A stretch of 64,000 nucleotides of DNA from Antedon mediterranea (lineage: Eukaryota; Animalia; Echinodermata), in the NCBI RefSeq assembly GCF_964355755.1, contig NC_092675.1, forward strand, positions 16,712,912 through 16,776,911, read 5' to 3'. Shown here piece by piece: positions 58,528 to 64,000 of this stretch. Within the stretch, counting starts at the first letter, position 1, and each line of letters starts with the position of its first letter. Made by a program: the position numbers and the translations under genes. The notes under the pieces are model-generated. The model saw only the letters and a program-made list of their open reading frames with translations. It was not told where the DNA came from and made no database searches.

Positions 58528-59684
58528 CCAATTTTTTTTTCTTTTAATTTTTTTTATGTGCTATTTCCTTTTATTTAAACTAGTACTAGTGTATACTTTT
58601 CTCATTTACATTTTTTATACACTTTTCAGATGCATACTTATAAAGATACGTTATTATAAGCTATTTAATATTTGACTAATTATTAAAAGTCAACCATACA
58701 CTTGCACAAGCATTACTGAGCAGGCCTATTTTAAATCCTTGCGACAGAAACATGTGCAAAATGAATAAAGTATGATTTATTTTAAACTTGCATTATTGTC
58801 TTTATTCAATCAGTGTCAACTTTATATACATGATAAATAAAAAAACAAAGCAAGTAAACAATTTTTTTTCTGGAAATATTGTTATTAATTATTACATTTT
58901 AATTGAGCAACACAGAAAAATATTAACTATATTGAAAACAATGTTTACACAGCACATAGTTTCTACAGCATAAATTTGAAGAGATTGTCAAGAATAGGTA
59001 GAGCATGTTTTTTTCTTAGAAGTTACAAAAAGGAGACAAAAAATGGAAAAGTTAATTAATAAGATGGAAAAACTAGCATAATCACATTTGATTATTAAGC
59101 TTAAGAAAACCCTGTTGACGCATTTTAGTGCAGAAAATTCAACTAATTAATAAATCTTGTCCTTTTTGTAATATGTACTAGAAATGCAAGATCAATTTAT
59201 TTATTCATTGTACAGTTAGCCCTTTGATCAGCAACACAAGAAATCATTATGTACTAATTTCAAAATAATTTATATTTTAGTTGTGTCACTATACAAAAGC
59301 TTTACAGTATACAAAATAGTATATATATAATTGTCAATTTGTCTTACAGAAATGAATTACTCTAAAATTTGTATCTCAAAAAGTCATTCTTAAATTTAAT
59401 GTATGATTAAAGGAATGCAGTATTATTTCTTTTAAAATGTGTAGCATTGTAGATATAATTCATATAAAACGAAGTGCGGTAAAATTTGTTTGAAATTTAT
59501 TGTTGTTTAGAGTAAAATCGATTTTGAAGTGTAGATTTTTAAAAAAAACCGCGGATTCTCTATGAGCCGCCATGTTTAACACGAAACCGAGGTTGTGACG
59601 TCATTGGTTTGACAGAGAAAATCATCCAACTGTGAGACTGCCCGTAGAGCGTGGATGCCTATATATACACAGAGCTAAATTAAG

Positions 59685-60222
59685 ATGAATCACGGATTAC
59701 AACCTTACCAATTAGAACCCAGAAGAAGAAGAAGAAGAGATGTGGAGGAAATAGAAGGTTTATATAATATTGTCGCACATGAAGGAGAAGATATAGAATG
59801 GAGGAAAGTAAACAAGGAGGAATGGTGCCAATGCAGACGGTGTGAGTTGATGGACACTCTGTGGAATGCCTTTGTTGTCGGGAAATTGAAAATGTACGAG
59901 CGAAGATGAACATAGGATCAGAAAACGAAATGGCATGCATTTTAGACCATTTTGAATTCGAATTTGTATGTTTACATCCTGCAGTAATTAGAACTGAACT
60001 TGTTGCCCAGACAGACATTAGGCGAGACAGCATCGTTGACCCGATCCCGAACGAAACATTTCGCCTTCAGGCGTACAGGCAGTTCACCTACTGTACTGCT
60101 GGGTGCATGACCGCCTCGGTAAAGCCGTACGACGAGTCATCCCAGCCTGCGTCGTAAACAAAATCAGAAAGGACTTTCCTAGCATTGATGGAAATTATGT
60201 TGGATTTAAAGAAGTCGAATAA
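59685..60222 (+). pseudogene. KolX / nanor-like protein resembling the P2X7 cytoplasmic ballast domain, two frameshifts
   Basis: QPYQLEP..WCQCRRCELM / ECLCCREI..CILDHFEFEFVCLH..FRLQAYRQFTY / WVHDRLGKAVRRVIPACVVNKIRKDFPSIDGNYVGFKEVE*. The second shift is a tactg duplication. Confidence 0.8.
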
Positions 60223-60900
60223 ATCATAAATGATATCAAGATGTTAAATCATAACATTTAAATATCGAATGCATCAAATAATAACATTTTTTATAGCTAG
60301 GCTATGCCTACCTACCTAGGCCTAGTTAGGCTAAATAAAAGCCATTTCCTTGATTATAAATTTTGTAATAGACATTATTTAGTATACTGTAACAAAAAAG
60401 AAGGGCGATTTGTTTTAATTCACTTAACAAGGGTATGTAAATAAAAATTAAAAGCAACAAACAGTAACAAGTGTTTTCTGTTTATTATTTGTATGCAAGC
60501 ATTGTATTAAAAGCTGTTCCAAAACAGGGAAGAATCAAATCCAATCAATATGTAGTCATTATCTGGCCGGCCAAATGTGTGAAATATAATTAGACGTATT
60601 TTGCAGAAAGTTACTGAGCGTCATCTTACAGCAATTGCACAACAACACAATAATTATTATAATAAACATTTTTGCATCGGTAAAATTAGTTTATTCACTA
60701 TTTTCAGAGAATTTCCTTTAATGCCTTTTTTTTATTAATTCAACCAAAAACTATACACTAATAATTGCATCAAGAAAATATTTAAGAAATAGTATTTATA
60801 ATAATATAATATGTAAGGTTTCATCTTTAGCAGTTTAAAAAGATTTTTTTACAAAACAAAATAAGCATAAATTAGCTTTGTTGGTTTTAATGTAAACACA

Positions 60901-62529
60901 CTATGAAAGCAGAAACCTAGTTCTAAAATCTTCAATCGCATCTTCTTTCTCTGGTTTCTCAGAAGAAGCAATGTTTGTTGGAAGATCTGGTCTGTCTACA
61001 TAACGTTGACCTAGAACTATAGCGCTATCTTCACGTCGGTCACACACCATTTCCATCAGTCTCTTTCTAAATTCGAAGGTTTTGTCTACATAAATTTTCT
61101 TCAATACCCACTGCTTCTTGCGTTTGGGAAATGCCAGTCCAAATCGAAGAGTGCCTGTTAGGAAATGCACATAATTATTCCTCATTGTAAATATGTCTTT
61201 ATAGATTACTAATCAACAAATTAAAGAAGCTCTTATAAAACTACTTACCTTCCTCAGTAGTTGCTTGCTGTCTACCAACATTCTCATTGTGGTCCATAAT
61301 TGCCAATTGATGACGGGCTCTCATGCCTTCATAGCTGAAGCGTTCCCTCTTTGGACAATATTTTAACAACATCCCATGAAAAACCTGTAGCGATCCTGTA
61401 AGAAGATTAATTTTATTATAAAAATTGTTATATTATAGTGTTTATTATTGTATGTTAAAGAATGTAGTTAGTATAACAGGGCTTCTTTTGCCTTTAATTT
61501 ATTCGAATGATCCCACAGCAAAAATAGTACATTTCATATATCTTTTTACATACATACCTGTGTGTTTAAAAAGTGTCATCTTGTGCATATCTTTTAGTAA
61601 TTTAGTGTTCATAACAACACCCCGAAGTGCATCATGAGCATCGCTACCTGGTGTCAGCCATTCAATTTCATGCATGTCCTCCAATAGTGGGTTGTGACTG
61701 CACTTGTGGAATTTATCTGCACTAGCCCATTCATGGATGTTGCAGACGTGCTGTAGTAAAGAAAGCCACTTGTCCTTAAGGTCCTAAAATTCTGCATTCT
61801 CACTTTCCACTAAGTTCTCCAAGTTGATGGTCTTAAAAATAAAATAAGTACTAGGCTATATAAATAAACTAAAGATTTATATAACAAATTTAAATTGAGA
61901 TAAATGTGTAGGCCTACACTTTTTTTGCCTAGGCCCTAGGCCTAGTCTTGTTGTGTTTGGCCGTTCACCTCGGTAACCTACTTTCCTTGGCCTACTAGCT
62001 AGAGTAGTAGTAGTAGCCTACTATTTTAGTATTACAGTACTAACTAGGCCTAGCCTCTACTATCCTAGTCTAGCTAGCCTAGGAGCCTCTCACTCAATGT
62101 ATGGCCGAACATCAAAAAGCAGAATTTGGTATGTTACGTACCTTGTTTTTGGTCTTGGGCCATCGCTTTTGTGTCAGTAGTTTTTGTCGTTCCTGTCTTT
62201 GTTGGCTTGCTTGGCTAACCGCTTTACTGAAAACAAACTGTTTAGGTACAGCATTTGGCTTCAACCGCCTGGTAGGCCTAGACGTCGCACCAACAATACT
62301 GACTTTTTACGGAGTCATCCTCAAACATTTCTTTTTCAAAATGGTCACTACATACTCTGGAATAAATATTAATGTGCGGTTTTTCCAACTTCATGGCTGC
62401 AACCCAGTTCTTTAGCAAATCCTTATTGTTTAACGGCAATCGATGGAAACTAACATTGCGTATTCCTTTGGACTTCCTGCCTTTCTTATCCGATGCATTG
62501 CTGCATCCAAACGCCATACAAAACACCAT
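60901..62529 (-). pseudogene. Kolobok transposase remnant: N-terminal THAP domain and spliced C-terminal exons, catalytic core deleted
   Basis: THAP MVFCMAFGCSN..SFHRLP..W..RVCSDHF..LKPNAVP (frameshifted). C-terminal exons KWLSLLQHVCNIHEW..HKCSH..HT|GSLQVFHGMLLKYCPKR..ARHQLAIMDHNEN|GTLRF..FPKRKKQW. Confidence 0.75.
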
Positions 62530-63300
62530 TTTGTACTATTTTTTTTGTTTTGATAAATCACCAATAACTTCCAAGATAATTACAAACACAAATGAAATAG
62601 AGAAAGAATCTATACTACTCGAAAAAATCAATTTAATTAGGATAAACAAATCGTTGTTGTTTTCGATATTACAGCTAAACGCATACGAAACACATGTGCA
62701 CACAGTGCTACACAATTAAAAATACCCGGATGAAGGTACTTCCGTCCCACCAGCTCCCGCGGCTTCTGGGTAATATTTAAAAATGGTGGAACTCCATTGG
62801 CGACAACATTAATTGGCTTATAATTCAGAATGTGTAAATATATTAATATTTTTTATGACTTTATTTAACTCTTTGATATATAATTAATACATAGTATGTC
62901 GAAAATTAACTAATTCAGTATTCCTTTAATTAATGGATGTGCAATAATACACACTCATGCCAGTGGCAAACGTGTAAATACAATAAACCAATCTCTGGTA
63001 TTTTTTCATGATATAAAAAGTACTGTACATACTAAACATCAAGTTTACTATTATACTCCGCAGTGCAAAAGAAAGAATATGGTCTCAGCTGTAATTAGCA
63101 TGCATTTTTTATTATCATAAACCCTACATGGTGATAAAGAGCTTTAACTAGTATGACCCCCTGTATGGGTGCCCCGATGGGTGCTTTTAAAAAAATTCAA
63201 ATCAAAATAAATATTTTTGTTTTGTTTAATATACACCTCACAAGCACATGGTTTGCAATCTGTTAGCTTTTCCATGTAATATTATACAAATAATAAATGT

Positions 63301-63410
63301 TTGAGTGGAATAGTACAATAATGGCACGAGGTGAATGATGAAAGGCTATATATAGTAAAATATAACCTTTCATCAATCGCCGAATGACATTATTTATACC
63401 ATTCCACGAA
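63301..63410. repeat. Imperfect inverted repeat (unclassified MITE-like end)
   Basis: gtggaatagta..aataatg..tgatgaaagg ... cctttcatca..cattatt..taccattccac. Confidence 0.45.
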
Positions 63411-64000
63411 TATAAAAAAGAAAAAGAAAAACTACCGTTTATTAATTTAATTCCTATGCTTAATGTTCTATTGTAATAATTTCCAGTATTTTTCTTTCAA
63501 AGTTACTATTTGTACAGCTATTTACAAGTATTCAAAAAAGAATATTAAAAAAGTTGACGTAAAAATTCAACGTATTAAATGTCGAGCAATTTGGTACTAT
63601 GACTATTCATTTGAGGAAAACATGAGATGGTATTTTAATGGTGAAATTCAATAACAATTAATATACACCTTAGCCTACAGTATTTATCTATCAAAGGTAT
63701 AATATATGCTTTTCTAAATACCATCTATGATCTTCGAACACATAACTTACAACAACATTCAATCAGGTTTGTGGAGCGCTCTTAGCAGAACCAAGACATA
63801 ATAACATAATTTCAACTTTGGGGGTTATTAGAAATGAACATTTAAAATAAGAATTTAAATGATCAAGTATGAAAATTGGAAAAAAACACTGATTCTTCCA
63901 TTTAATACAGAAGTACAGTATTGCATCTATAATATCCAGTATCATAGGCAAGTTCTGTGATACAGGATCACATATGATATTTGCTTTATGATAAGGATGT

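Larger units (their letters stand above)
59411..62925. mobile_element. Kolobok DNA transposon, decayed and internally deleted
   Basis: TTAA|AGGAATGCAGTATTA ... TAATTCAGTATTCCT|TTAA (12/15 TIR match, TTAA TSD, RR..YY ends) enclosing convergent THAP-transposase and KolX-like genes. Confidence 0.75.

Noticed and set aside
59685-60222. Host P2RX7 receptor gene
   Set aside because: No P2X ectodomain or transmembrane exons are present; only a ballast-like module inside a transposon.

Overview
AT-rich, intron-rich animal genomic DNA (invertebrate-like; Nin/Deu-type SINEs). It holds two convergent host genes. The first is a cAMP-dependent protein kinase catalytic subunit (PKA-C) on +, with exons 2-10 at 928-20067 and exon 1 outside the window. 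The second is a 21-exon axonemal dynein intermediate chain, DNAI3/WDR63, on - (56829-41849). A tRNA-Cys(GCA) gene lies upstream of DNAI3. The most notable host feature is a second, diverged copy of the PKA last exon (17562-17690). It would give an alternative C-terminal tail that keeps the PxxP, F-x-x-Y and terminal FxxF motifs but loses the acidic DDYEEE cluster. Between the genes lie a 14.8-kb Ginger1-type DNA transposon and a nested stack of non-autonomous elements. The Ginger1 element has TGT...ACA ends, a CCGG TSD, an intact spliced 847-aa Gypsy-like integrase-OTU protease gene and an internal 132-bp satellite. Also present: an internally deleted Sola2 element, a decayed Kolobok element (THAP transposase plus a convergent P2X7-ballast-like/KolX gene), Helentron-like HINEs, Harbinger-like MITEs, a (TA)n-associated tRNA-containing repeat and minisatellites. 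All calls come from reading the sequence by eye; no database searches were run.
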